A stretch of DNA of 64,000 bases from Candidatus Altimarinota bacterium. Lineage in GTDB: Bacteria; Patescibacteriota; Gracilibacteria; 1-14-2-50-48-13. The notes beneath the pieces were generated by a model. That model was not told where the DNA came from, did no database searches, and saw only the letters and a list, made by a program, of their open reading frames with translations. The translations under genes were made by a program, and so were the position numbers. Of the stretch, positions 8,931 to 18,103 are shown in pieces. The number at the start of each line of letters is the position of its first letter. The first letter of the stretch is position 1. The stretch spans positions 320,001 to 384,000 of the forward strand of contig JBKBWQ010000001.1 in NCBI GenBank assembly GCA_046314355.1, given 5' to 3'.

Positions 8931-9908
8931 TTGAAAACATTTACCATTACTGAAGCCGAACACGATCTAAGAATAGATAAGTTTCTTCGCAGATATTTTG
9001 CAAGTTTGCCTCTTTCCACAGTCTATAAACTGCTGCGTAAAAAGACTATAAAAGTAAATAATAAGAAAGCAGATGAAAAATACCTTTTGCAAAAAGGTGA
9101 CACCGTAGAAGTATTCCTGTCTGAGGAATCTTTAGGAAAGATAGAAACAGAGTCAAAGGAGCGAAGAGAAAGAAATCTCGCTATCGTTAAGCCTACTTTT
9201 GAAGTTCTATTCGAGGATGAATCAATATTAGTAGTGAATAAACCTGGAGATATAGCTGTACACTCAGGGACAAGTGTTGGCATAAATACGCTTATCAATC
9301 AAATACTCACCTATCTTCACTATAAAGGTGAAGGCTTTAAACCAGCACTCGCACACAGGCTTGATATGCAGACATCAGGCATTATTTTAGTAGGAAAGAC
9401 CCGTGAGGCACTTCTTTCTCTGAATGCCCAAATCAAAGACCGCGAGGTACAGAAATACTATCTTGCTCTTGCCCAGGGTATGTTAGAAAAAAAGGAGGGA
9501 ACCATAAAAGTTGCTCTTAAAAGAAATTATCATTCTGAAAAAAAGTTTAAAGTGACAAAAGCTGAAGAAGGGGAAGACTCACAGGAAGCAGTCACTAAGT
9601 ATAAGATAGAGAAGGAATGGAAAAATAAGTTTACGCTCCTGCGTCTCCAGCTCATCACAGGTAGAACTCATCAGATCCGTGCTCATTTAGCAACCATAGG
9701 GCACCCTATAATCGGAGATTCTTCTTATGGAAACTTTAACAGCAACCATGAAATACAGAGAGAGACTGGATTAAAAAGACAATTCCTGCACTCAACGGAG
9801 ATGATCTTTACGCATCCGATCACTAAGAAAAAAATGGATATTGTGTGCCCACTTCCAAAAGACTTAGAAAAAGTGCTCGCGTGGCTAAACGAGAAATTTG
9901 CAGATTAA
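8931..9908 (+). CDS. RluA-family pseudouridine synthase with S4 domain (RluC-like)
   Basis: RIDKFLRR, VNKP, HRLDMQTSG, TGRTHQIRAH, RQFLH. Confidence 0.92.
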   Translation: MKTFTITEAEHDLRIDKFLRRYFASLPLSTVYKLLRKKTIKVNNKKADEKYLLQKGDTVEVFLSEESLGKIETESKERRERNLAIVKPTFEVLFEDESILVVNKPGDIAVHSGTSVGINTLINQILTYLHYKGEGFKPALAHRLDMQTSGIILVGKTREALLSLNAQIKDREVQKYYLALAQGMLEKKEGTIKVALKRNYHSEKKFKVTKAEEGEDSQEAVTKYKIEKEWKNKFTLLRLQLITGRTHQIRAHLATIGHPIIGDSSYGNFNSNHEIQRETGLKRQFLHSTEMIFTHPITKKKMDIVCPLPKDLEKVLAWLNEKFAD

Positions 9909-9993
9909 AAATCTCCCATATTTACAAGTTTTTTACAGGTAGTATAGTACTTCTGTAAATAAAATTAATTGTAAAATAACAAAGGAGGTGCGT

Positions 9994-10428
9994 ATGAGGG
10001 AATTTTCATTTCCATTCAATCGGTTATCAATTGCACAAAAGGATGTAATTATCCAGATTGTAAAAGAAATAGAATCCTTACAAAAAATTTCTCATAATCC
10101 AGATGAAGTCGACAGGTTAGAAATGACTAGTGTGCAGCGTTTAGAGGATGCGCTACTCAGTATTCAAAACATAAAAGAAGAATTTATGAAGGAGAAAGAT
10201 TTCATAGATCTGCCTCTGACCAATCTTTTTTTAGAAAATGACAAGGATCAGCAGAAAATGGTGAGAACCATTCAGACTTATCTCTTTAAGCTCGGGATGA
10301 GAACAACTCGGGATTTGCTTCAAAAAAGCTATAACGAGTTAGTCGGTATGAATGGTTTAAGTAAGCAAATGGCAGATATCATCGTTGAGTATTTAAACAA
10401 ATACAATTTAAAATTACAAAGTTTTTAA
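9994..10428 (+). CDS. Hypothetical protein with C-terminal RNA polymerase alpha-CTD-like domain
   Basis: LPLTNLFL...VRTIQTYLFKLGMRTTRDLLQKSYNELVGMNGLSKQMADIIVEYL; AAGGAGG 5 nt before ATG 9994. Confidence 0.6.
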   Translation: MREFSFPFNRLSIAQKDVIIQIVKEIESLQKISHNPDEVDRLEMTSVQRLEDALLSIQNIKEEFMKEKDFIDLPLTNLFLENDKDQQKMVRTIQTYLFKLGMRTTRDLLQKSYNELVGMNGLSKQMADIIVEYLNKYNLKLQSF

Positions 10429-10440
10429 AAATTGAAAATT

Positions 10441-10475
10441 ATAAAAGGGATGACATTCGTTCATCTCTTTTTTAT
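10441..10475 (+). terminator. Intrinsic terminator
   Basis: AAAAGGGATGA-loop-TCATCTCTTTTTT. Confidence 0.6.
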
Positions 10476-10501
10476 AATAAAGAATATTTGCCCATATATT
10501 T

Positions 10502-11140
10502 ATGAATTTAAAAGATATCGAGTTCATCCTAGATGAACTCTGCAAGCTCTATCCGTCTCCAAAAACAGAGCTAGAGCATAGAAACCCCTACGAGCTTCTC
10601 GTGGCAACAATGCTCTCAGCTCAATGTACTGATAAGAGAGTAAACTTAGTTACTCCAGAGTTATTTAGAGTATGTCCAAGTACAGCAGAGCTCGCTGAGA
10701 TTGATATAGATGATTTAAAGTATCTCATTAAATCTATTAATTTTTTCAATAATAAGGCAGTCAATCTCAAGAGAATGGCTCAGATTCTTCAGCAGGAGCA
10801 TAATGGCGAAGTTCCTAAATCACGAGAAGCGCTTGAGGCGCTGCCGGGAGTGGGTCGAAAAACAGCAAATGTCGTACTTGCAAACGCTTTTGGAATACCT
10901 GCATTAGCCGTCGATACTCATGTATATCGCGTGACAAACCGGCTAGGGATAGTACATGAAAAAGAGCCGCTTAAAACAGAACAGGCACTTCTAAAAGTAA
11001 TTCCGAAAAAATGGTGGATAGATGGACACCATCTGTTTATTCTACATGGACGAAGAATTTGCATAGCTAGAAAACCAAAGTGCGAAGAATGTCCTGTAAG
11101 AGGGAAGTGCGAATATTACAAAAAACTAACACAGGAGTAA
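10502..11140 (+). CDS. nth: Endonuclease III
   Basis: LSAQCTD, LPGVGRKTANVV, VDTHV, CIARKPKCEECPVRGKC. Confidence 0.97.
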   Translation: MNLKDIEFILDELCKLYPSPKTELEHRNPYELLVATMLSAQCTDKRVNLVTPELFRVCPSTAELAEIDIDDLKYLIKSINFFNNKAVNLKRMAQILQQEHNGEVPKSREALEALPGVGRKTANVVLANAFGIPALAVDTHVYRVTNRLGIVHEKEPLKTEQALLKVIPKKWWIDGHHLFILHGRRICIARKPKCEECPVRGKCEYYKKLTQE

Positions 11141-11144
11141 ATCT

Positions 11145-11194
11145 AGAGATAAAAAAAGAGCAGCGGTTTAATCCGCTGCTCTTTTTTTATCTCT
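11145..11194. terminator. Bidirectional intrinsic terminator
   Basis: Perfect 22-bp inverted repeat with 6-nt loop and A/T tracts, between convergent genes. Confidence 0.9.
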
Positions 11195-11230
11195 TCATCT
11201 TGTTTCTACTCTACTAATCTTTAATCAATA

Positions 11231-14200
11231 TTACTTATTTGGGAACTCATACATCATAAGCGCAATCTTTGAAAGCTCTGCTCGTGTTGCAAAATGCTCT
11301 CCGTGGAAAAGTCCGTCGTTCTTACCGCTGACAATTCCTCGTTTGAAAGAATATGCTACATATCGTGAGAACCAATCTGTTTCTCGTACATCCTGGAAGA
11401 ATGTATAATCATCAGAATCTGAAGACTGTATTACCTGCTCCTGATCAATCTTTGCCTGAAGTACACCGCTTGTTCCTCTAAGGATAATTTTGAGTGCTTC
11501 AGCTCTATTGACTGGCTGATTTGGTCTAAAGAATCCATCATCATAACCATTGATAATTCCAAGTGCCTTTGCCTGTGCAATGTAACCAGCATACCACTCA
11601 TTTCCACGGATATCAGGGAAAGCTTTACTTGCATCGATTCCAGCTACAGCTTTTCCATTAAGTCTCATTACAAGCTTCACAAGCTCGGCTCGAGTCATAT
11701 TCACATCTGGTCTGAATAATGATCCTGTAACTCCTGACACTACACCTCTCGATGCAAGTGTACAGATTACATCCTTTGCCCAATGGAACTGAATGTCTGT
11801 AAAGGCAGAACATGTTCCTTGAGGCTGCTGCGGAATACTTGTTCCTGGAGTATTATGTGTGTCAAAGAATCCGATTACTCCTGATTTCTTAATATAAGTA
11901 TCAAATCTCTTTCCCTTGAAATCGCTGTATCCTCCAATCTTTGTCCAAGTCTTTGTAGCAGGATCATAGAACATGATCGCAAGATTCTCTGGCTGTGAAA
12001 CATCTCTAGTAATATCTCTTGAAAGATCTCCGTATACCCGAAGCATTGGTGAGAATGTTTGAGTAAGGTCACCGTACTGGATAAAACAATCATAGAGCTG
12101 AGTATACCCGTTTGGAATACTTGTCTTTGCTGTTTCAGGAAGTCTGCTCGCTGTGTAGCAAGACGGAGTATAGATAGTTCCTGTAAATCGTGATCCGTCC
12201 GGATTCGTCACAATAGTTCCTTTATCATACTGAATGCTGATTCCATTTCCTGCATCCATATGCTTGATCGGTACAGTTGCAACACCGTTTGAAAGATCAA
12301 ATTTGAGTGGTCCGTAAACTGTAAGGAAAGATCCATTATCAGTCGCTGGGATGGTAGTCGGAGTAGTTGTATCTACCTGACTTCCTCCTCCACCACCACC
12401 TCCGCTGCTTCCACCACCGCCTCCTCCGCCACCACCTGTGGATGAGTTAGAAGTATTTATTGTAAACGCCTTAGCAGGGATAGTAATTGTAGCATTATTA
12501 GATGTTACAACTGCTTCTGCTGTATAGTTTCCAGATGGAACGAGTTGTCCATTATTATCAGTTCTGTTCCATGTAATACTTGCAAGCTGTACGCTACCAT
12601 TTCCTGGAACTACGATTGATGTCTGTCCCTGAGTAAAGTTCTGTCCTCTACTAGACTGCCATACAATCTGACCTGCACTGTTTTTGATGATCACATCAAA
12701 CATCTGGCTAGTAGGGAATGTAAGAGTCTGATTTGTACTTGTAGGGTTGAACACTACGACCTGTACATTTACATTTTCAGTTCGTGCAAAGTTTACACTA
12801 TCAGCACCTGTAACTGTACTCTTGAGAAGCAAATTACCTGTAAGTCCAAGAGTAGTCGTTGTACCTCCTGTATTTATAAAGAATGAGAAAGGTCCGTTTG
12901 CAGCAAAAGTTGGAAGTGATCCATCAGTTGCCCGTACTGTCCAATAATATCTCGTGTTATTTGTTCCAGTGAATGAATATGAATTCGTAGTAAGATTAGT
13001 AGCTACCGGAGTAGTACCAGTCAAGTTTGCAGCAGATGTTGCTACGTATACGTTGTAATTCAAAGTATTTCCATTTGGATCCTGTCCAGCCCATGTGAGG
13101 GTAGTAGTAGTTGTACTTACATTTGAGTTATCAGATGGAGATACAAGGTTTACTGTAGGAGCAAGATTTGGATTATTATTGCTAGCGACAATGCTGAATG
13201 CAGTTGTTGCAGCAGTAGGGAAGATGTTTGATCCAGTAGGATTAATATCTCCGCTGAGAATATAGTTACCAAGTGCTACCTGACTTCCATTTGTTCCAGC
13301 TTGATTCCATGTATAATTGTAAGTCTTTACTTCACCTGGATTGAAAGTCACTGACTGATTTCCAGATGTAGATGGAGAGATAAACACCTGCTGATTATTT
13401 GCATCCATTACTCTAAAGAGAGCTCGTGAAGCATCGTTGATAGTTGCTGTCTGAGTATTCTGCGTAAGATTTCGTACCTGAAGCTCAAATACCATGTTCT
13501 GTCCCTGTATAAATACAGTTCGAGGATTATTTGTAGCTCCGTCTCTTGTGATAAGAGTATATTCAAAGTTTGCATTTGCACTAGGATTCTGAGTCGCAGT
13601 CTGAGTCGTAAATGTAAATGTACCATTTAGTGACTGACCTGTAAGTCCCTGAGGATCTCTAGCTACTACTCTCCAATAGTACCGTGTACCATTTGCAAGA
13701 CCAGTTGCCTGATAGTTCGTTGCAGATGTTCCCTGAGTTACAAGAGTTGTAGGGTTTGAATTAGTATCAAAATATACATCGTATAAGAGTGCATCTCCAT
13801 TTGGATCAAATCCAAACCAAGTAAGAGTCACATTTCCACCATTTACAACAGTATTATTCGATGGAGTAAGAAGAGTAACTACAGGTGCATAATTTACCTG
13901 AGACTGAGTAGTTGATACAAGGAACTGCATCTGAGGTGCTGTAGGAAGATTGCTGTTTGTTGCGCGAATCTGTGCAGTCGCAGTATAAAGTCCGTCTACA
14001 AGTGTAGGAGTACCAGATGGTGTATCAGCTGTAAATGTTCTGACCTCTCCTGGTGCGAGTACAATACTAGTATTAGTAGTACTATCTGCATGAGCTACAA
14101 AGCTCTGCGTTCCAGTTGAAGTATTTACATTGAATCGAACCTCATCTCCATTATCCGGGAATGTTAGTGTCTGAGGCTGTGTGCTGATATTTGCTACCTG

Positions 14201-16792
14201 CATCACAAACCGTATACTTTCATTAGCTGCAAAGACTGTCTTTGCTCGTCCATTAGTAGTAGATGCTGTATAAGCTGTAAATCTGAATGTGTCATTCTGA
14301 GTAACTACTGGAGTTACAGGAGGATTTGTAGTTCCATTCGTGATATTTACACTAAATGAGTTTGGTCCGTTCGTTGCAGTTGCAGTCTGTCCGTTGGAGT
14401 TTCGTGCAATGACATTCCAGTAGTAAGTACCGTTTGTAAGTGTAGGAGAAGTAACCTGAGTACCTGTAACACCTGACATATAAAGTACAGGTGAACTAGT
14501 AGTTCCAAAGTATACATCGTAGCTTACTGCATTTGTACCATTCCAGCTAAGATTTACAGTATTTGTAGTTACTGGAGAAGTTACTGGGTTAAGAGTCACA
14601 GATGGAAGCGTAGTGCTTGTCCCTGTTACAAATGTGAAAGGTCCATTGATTGAAGATGTAAATCCATGAGATGCATCTCTTACCTGTACATTCCAGAAGT
14701 AAGGTACATTTGTACTAAGACCTGTAAGGTTGAAAGTAAGTGTTGTTGGATTTGCAGGATTTGAACTTGCTCCGTTTGGAGTAGTGTAGTTTACACAGTT
14801 CGTATTGATCGCTGCAAGTGATGTAGAATAACATACCTGGTATGTGAGCGCATCACTCTCATTGTCAGTACCTATCCATCGTACAGTTGCTGATGTTGCA
14901 GTTACATTTGTAGCATCCACAAGACGTGCGATTGGTGCCTGATTAGTTACTGTTCCTGTTGTTGTAAAGCTTGCGATCTGATCTGTAGAATACACCATGT
15001 ATGTACCGTCAGATACTCGCGCAGTCCAGTAATAAGTAGTACCAGGTGCGAGATTTGTAATTGTGTATGAACCTGTATTTGTAGTTGTGTATACACAGTT
15101 TGAAGCTGCATTATTTCGGTCTGTACTTATACAGATATCTACCGTAAGTGCATTTCCATCAGGATCAGTAGCACTGTAGTTTACAGTAGCTCCGTTCTGA
15201 GTTGGATTTGTAGCAGATCCGAGAGTGATACTTGGCATTCTATTTGTAGAATTATTTGCCATTGTAGTAAAGGAAAGAGGACCATTATCCGTGATTCCCT
15301 GTACTACCTGATCAGCAACTCGTACTGTCCAGTAATATGTCGTACCTGCAATAAGATTTGTAAGAGTTGTACTCTCATTAGATGTTGTTACAGAACAGTT
15401 ATTTGTGATATTTCCAGCAGTTGTTCCAAAACATACAGTGTATGTGAGAGGAGCATTTACATCTGCATCATATCCATTCCAGATAAGAGTAGCAGTTGTT
15501 GCCTGAATATTTCGTGACTCAAGAAGAGTTACATGTGGAGTATTGTTACCGTTGCTTGTACCAGTAGTTGTGAACGCAGCTGTATTAGAGTCTCGAGTTC
15601 CAACATTATTTGTAGCTTTTACAAACCATGTATACTGAGTATTTGCAAGAAGACCTGAAAGTGTAAAAGTTGTAGCATTTCCTGCATTTGTACAAGTGTA
15701 TGCTCCAGCAGTATTTGTTACCTTATAACATATCTGATATGAGATTGTAGTATTCTGAGTATCAGTTGCGCTGTAAGTTAATATAACACTTCCATCATTA
15801 TTTACAGAAGAGTTAAGTGCTCCAAAGTTTGGAAGAGAGTTACCTCCATTATTTGCATTATTAGTAGTGAAATACTGCACTGAGCTTGATGCGCTTCCAG
15901 TCGTATTTGTTCCACGTACCCACCACTGATATGTAGTAGCAGGAGTAAGACCGCTGATTCTATATGAAGCAGCATTTCCTACATTGATACATGTAGCAAT
16001 AGATGCATACTGTACCTGATAACATACTCTAAAGTCAGATGAGTTTGAGCTAGTCCAAGATACATCCGCAGCTGTAGAGTTTACTACAGTGGAAGAAAGA
16101 TTAGAGAAAAATGGAAGATCTCCGTTATTCACAGTACATCCATTTGAATTTCCGTTTGTTCCATAGATTGAGCAAGTACCATTCGTATTTCCGTTCGTTC
16201 CGTAGATTGATCCATTTACATTGTTGTTTGTACCATAGATGGAACCATTAGAGTTTCCATTAGTACCGTAAATAGATCCGTTTACGTTATTATTTGTACC
16301 ATATATTGATCCAGTATAGTTTTCATTTGTTCCATAGATATTTCCGGAAGTATTTGAGTTAGTCCCGTAAATAGATCCATTGCTAGAAGAAGTAGTGTTC
16401 GTTCCATAAATAGAACCATTAGAAGTACTACTTCCATTAGTACCATAAATAGAACTAGTACTAGACGTAGTATTTGTTCCATAGATTGATCCATTGCTGG
16501 AAGAACCTGTATTAGTTCCATAGATAGAACCATTAGAAGTACTACTTCCGTTGGTACCATAGATAGAGCTCGTACTTGAAGTACTATTAGTTCCGTAAAT
16601 AGAACCATTAGAAGAGCTGCCTGAGTTAGTTCCGTAAATACTAGAACTAGAGTTTGTACCATAGATAGAACTGCTGGAAGTTGAAGAACCAGAATTTGTA
16701 CCATAGATACTTTGCGCCGCAACTATTTCAACCTGAGCTACCTGCGTAAACGCAAATGCTGCAAGGATGAAAGCTGTAAAGATTTTTTTCAT
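11231..16792 (-). CDS. Large cell-surface protein: signal peptide, 16x SIYGTN repeats, multiple FN3-like and BsuPI-like Ig domains, Gly linker, three C-terminal SLH domains
   Basis: MKKIFTAFIL signal (ATG 16792); GLTPATTYQWWV-type FN3 motifs; TLTFPTSQMFDVII; FTDIQFHWA, FRPNQPVNRAE and TRAE SLH motifs. Confidence 0.88.
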   Translation of the reverse strand: MKKIFTAFILAAFAFTQVAQVEIVAAQSIYGTNSGSSTSSSSIYGTNSSSSIYGTNSGSSSNGSIYGTNSTSSTSSIYGTNGSSTSNGSIYGTNTGSSSNGSIYGTNTTSSTSSIYGTNGSSTSNGSIYGTNTTSSSNGSIYGTNSNTSGNIYGTNENYTGSIYGTNNNVNGSIYGTNGNSNGSIYGTNNNVNGSIYGTNGNTNGTCSIYGTNGNSNGCTVNNGDLPFFSNLSSTVVNSTAADVSWTSSNSSDFRVCYQVQYASIATCINVGNAASYRISGLTPATTYQWWVRGTNTTGSASSSVQYFTTNNANNGGNSLPNFGALNSSVNNDGSVILTYSATDTQNTTISYQICYKVTNTAGAYTCTNAGNATTFTLSGLLANTQYTWFVKATNNVGTRDSNTAAFTTTGTSNGNNTPHVTLLESRNIQATTATLIWNGYDADVNAPLTYTVCFGTTAGNITNNCSVTTSNESTTLTNLIAGTTYYWTVRVADQVVQGITDNGPLSFTTMANNSTNRMPSITLGSATNPTQNGATVNYSATDPDGNALTVDICISTDRNNAASNCVYTTTNTGSYTITNLAPGTTYYWTARVSDGTYMVYSTDQIASFTTTGTVTNQAPIARLVDATNVTATSATVRWIGTDNESDALTYQVCYSTSLAAINTNCVNYTTPNGASSNPANPTTLTFNLTGLSTNVPYFWNVQVRDASHGFTSSINGPFTFVTGTSTTLPSVTLNPVTSPVTTNTVNLSWNGTNAVSYDVYFGTTSSPVLYMSGVTGTQVTSPTLTNGTYYWNVIARNSNGQTATATNGPNSFSVNITNGTTNPPVTPVVTQNDTFRFTAYTASTTNGRAKTVFAANESIRFVMQVANISTQPQTLTFPDNGDEVRFNVNTSTGTQSFVAHADSTTNTSIVLAPGEVRTFTADTPSGTPTLVDGLYTATAQIRATNSNLPTAPQMQFLVSTTQSQVNYAPVVTLLTPSNNTVVNGGNVTLTWFGFDPNGDALLYDVYFDTNSNPTTLVTQGTSATNYQATGLANGTRYYWRVVARDPQGLTGQSLNGTFTFTTQTATQNPSANANFEYTLITRDGATNNPRTVFIQGQNMVFELQVRNLTQNTQTATINDASRALFRVMDANNQQVFISPSTSGNQSVTFNPGEVKTYNYTWNQAGTNGSQVALGNYILSGDINPTGSNIFPTAATTAFSIVASNNNPNLAPTVNLVSPSDNSNVSTTTTTLTWAGQDPNGNTLNYNVYVATSAANLTGTTPVATNLTTNSYSFTGTNNTRYYWTVRATDGSLPTFAANGPFSFFINTGGTTTTLGLTGNLLLKSTVTGADSVNFARTENVNVQVVVFNPTSTNQTLTFPTSQMFDVIIKNSAGQIVWQSSRGQNFTQGQTSIVVPGNGSVQLASITWNRTDNNGQLVPSGNYTAEAVVTSNNATITIPAKAFTINTSNSSTGGGGGGGGGSSGGGGGGGSQVDTTTPTTIPATDNGSFLTVYGPLKFDLSNGVATVPIKHMDAGNGISIQYDKGTIVTNPDGSRFTGTIYTPSCYTASRLPETAKTSIPNGYTQLYDCFIQYGDLTQTFSPMLRVYGDLSRDITRDVSQPENLAIMFYDPATKTWTKIGGYSDFKGKRFDTYIKKSGVIGFFDTHNTPGTSIPQQPQGTCSAFTDIQFHWAKDVICTLASRGVVSGVTGSLFRPDVNMTRAELVKLVMRLNGKAVAGIDASKAFPDIRGNEWYAGYIAQAKALGIINGYDDGFFRPNQPVNRAEALKIILRGTSGVLQAKIDQEQVIQSSDSDDYTFFQDVRETDWFSRYVAYSFKRGIVSGKNDGLFHGEHFATRAELSKIALMMYEFPNK
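16154..16711 (-). repeat. Coding tandem repeat: 16 copies of (S/N)IYGTN with Ser/Asn/Gly/Thr spacers
   Basis: Counted in the translation; synonymous codons differ between copies. Confidence 0.95.
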
Positions 16793-16946
16793 AATCATTT
16801 GATAATTTAAATGATAGTAAACTGGAAATATATGTATAAGTATCGAAACAGAAAGGGAATACAACAAAAAGAAAATACCGTTTCGTATTCTCTTTTGTTT
16901 TTGTTTGATATTTTGCTCAGTCCCTTTTGAAAGGTTCTGATACACT

Positions 16947-16974
16947 ATCATATGTAAACTTTACTAAATGTCAA
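16947..16974 (-). promoter_or_regulatory. Putative sigma70 promoter of the large SLH protein gene
   Basis: TTGACA-16 bp-TATGAT. Confidence 0.65.
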
Positions 16975-17105
16975 GTTATTTTATATATACTATTTATTCT
17001 AACTCACAATTTAGTAACTAAGTATGTATCTCTATAATAGAAGACGACTCAACTAAGGAAAAAGTTACATAAAATTTATTCCCAGAAAAGAGAAACTTTT
17101 TTAAC

Positions 17106-17141
17106 AATAGAAGAAGCGCTGATAAGGGTGCTTCTTCTATT
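17106..17141 (-). terminator. Intrinsic terminator
   Basis: AATAGAAGAAGC...GCTTCTTCTATT inverted repeat downstream of 17175-17828. Confidence 0.7.
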
Positions 17142-17174
17142 TAAATAGATCTAATATTTTACTGTATTTTGAAA

Positions 17175-17828
17175 TTACTCTCTTCCTACAAAGAGTTTTG
17201 CAATCACATTACCGTCAATACTAGCTTCAAATGTATCTCTATTACCCGTAGACACAAATGTAGCAATTTGCGGAACTCTTATTTTCCCAGAACCGTTATT
17301 TATTACTCCTGAAAAAAACGGACGAGCAGCATTAGAAGTCATGATGAGATTTACAGTTTTGCCATTAAACTCACTGAGATCACTAAATGTCAGATCCACA
17401 TTCTCACCAATGTTTATTCCATTTCCTGAGAGAAAGAGTCGAGCATCCTTTCGAGAATTATTCCCTGATTCTTGTTTCACTACAAAATTTGATCCATTGC
17501 TTTGAGCGATCACTAATCTTGGCTGATCCTTATTTAAAGAAATAGGAGCGAGCTGATTTTTATCTACACTACTTGTAGAAGCTTGCGCACTTGGAATAGG
17601 AGTCTCTTCCACTTCTACCAGTTTGTACTTTTTTACTTCCTTTACTTCTGCACACGCTGTATTTACTCCGCAAGGATATAATTGCCCATTCGTAGAACAT
17701 CCTGCAGTCATAGTCAAGATAGCAGAAGCTGTCATACGTACTAGCTTGTTTGCCATAGACGAAGGCAACATTGATACTTGATTTACTTTGTCTTCTTTGT
17801 TTGTAGTTCCTTCATTGATGAAATTCAT
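17175..17828 (-). CDS. Putative lipoprotein, paralog of 18104-19186 (shared C-terminal beta-rich domain)
   Basis: AILTMTAGC lipobox-like; NGSNFVVKQESGNNSRKD...IDGNV...VGRE shared with its neighbour. Confidence 0.7.
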   Translation of the reverse strand: MNFINEGTTNKEDKVNQVSMLPSSMANKLVRMTASAILTMTAGCSTNGQLYPCGVNTACAEVKEVKKYKLVEVEETPIPSAQASTSSVDKNQLAPISLNKDQPRLVIAQSNGSNFVVKQESGNNSRKDARLFLSGNGINIGENVDLTFSDLSEFNGKTVNLIMTSNAARPFFSGVINNGSGKIRVPQIATFVSTGNRDTFEASIDGNVIAKLFVGRE

Positions 17829-18020
17829 AATAGCAAAATATAATATATAAAAATTTCATCAAGTTATTACTCCTCTCTTCACTTCAAAACAAGACATATA
17901 TATTTTACTTATCCACAAGAATTGTTGGCACCCCACATCAAATAACATTAAAAACAGATCTTGATATTCTGTATGCTCAAAATACTGAGAGCTCTTATAT
18001 TAAGCGAAAAAATTTTACAC

Positions 18021-18052
18021 AAAAAAAAGAAGCACTTTTTAAAGTGCTTCTT
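18021..18052 (-). terminator. Intrinsic terminator
   Basis: AAGAAGCACTT...AAGTGCTTCTT followed by a U tract on the minus strand. Confidence 0.75.
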
Positions 18053-18103
18053 ATAGGTAACTAGATTCCCTCCTTTCTTTTTATTTATAATAATTTTTTG
18101 TTT

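Noticed and set aside
16154-16711. CRISPR-like repeat-spacer pattern
   Set aside because: Units are in-frame coding repeats with synonymous variation and low-complexity spacers.
16793-16951. N-terminal extension of the 1906-aa ORF
   Set aside because: It overlaps the predicted promoter and leader; the signal peptide begins at ATG 16792. Similar over-extensions were trimmed for tsaC, rsmE, galU, hsp20, recX and the peptidase.
17909-17917. Perfect DnaA box TTATCCACA
   Set aside because: Single intergenic copy, with no cluster or dnaA/dnaN context; the box-like pair at 53711-53742 is explained by a terminator stem.
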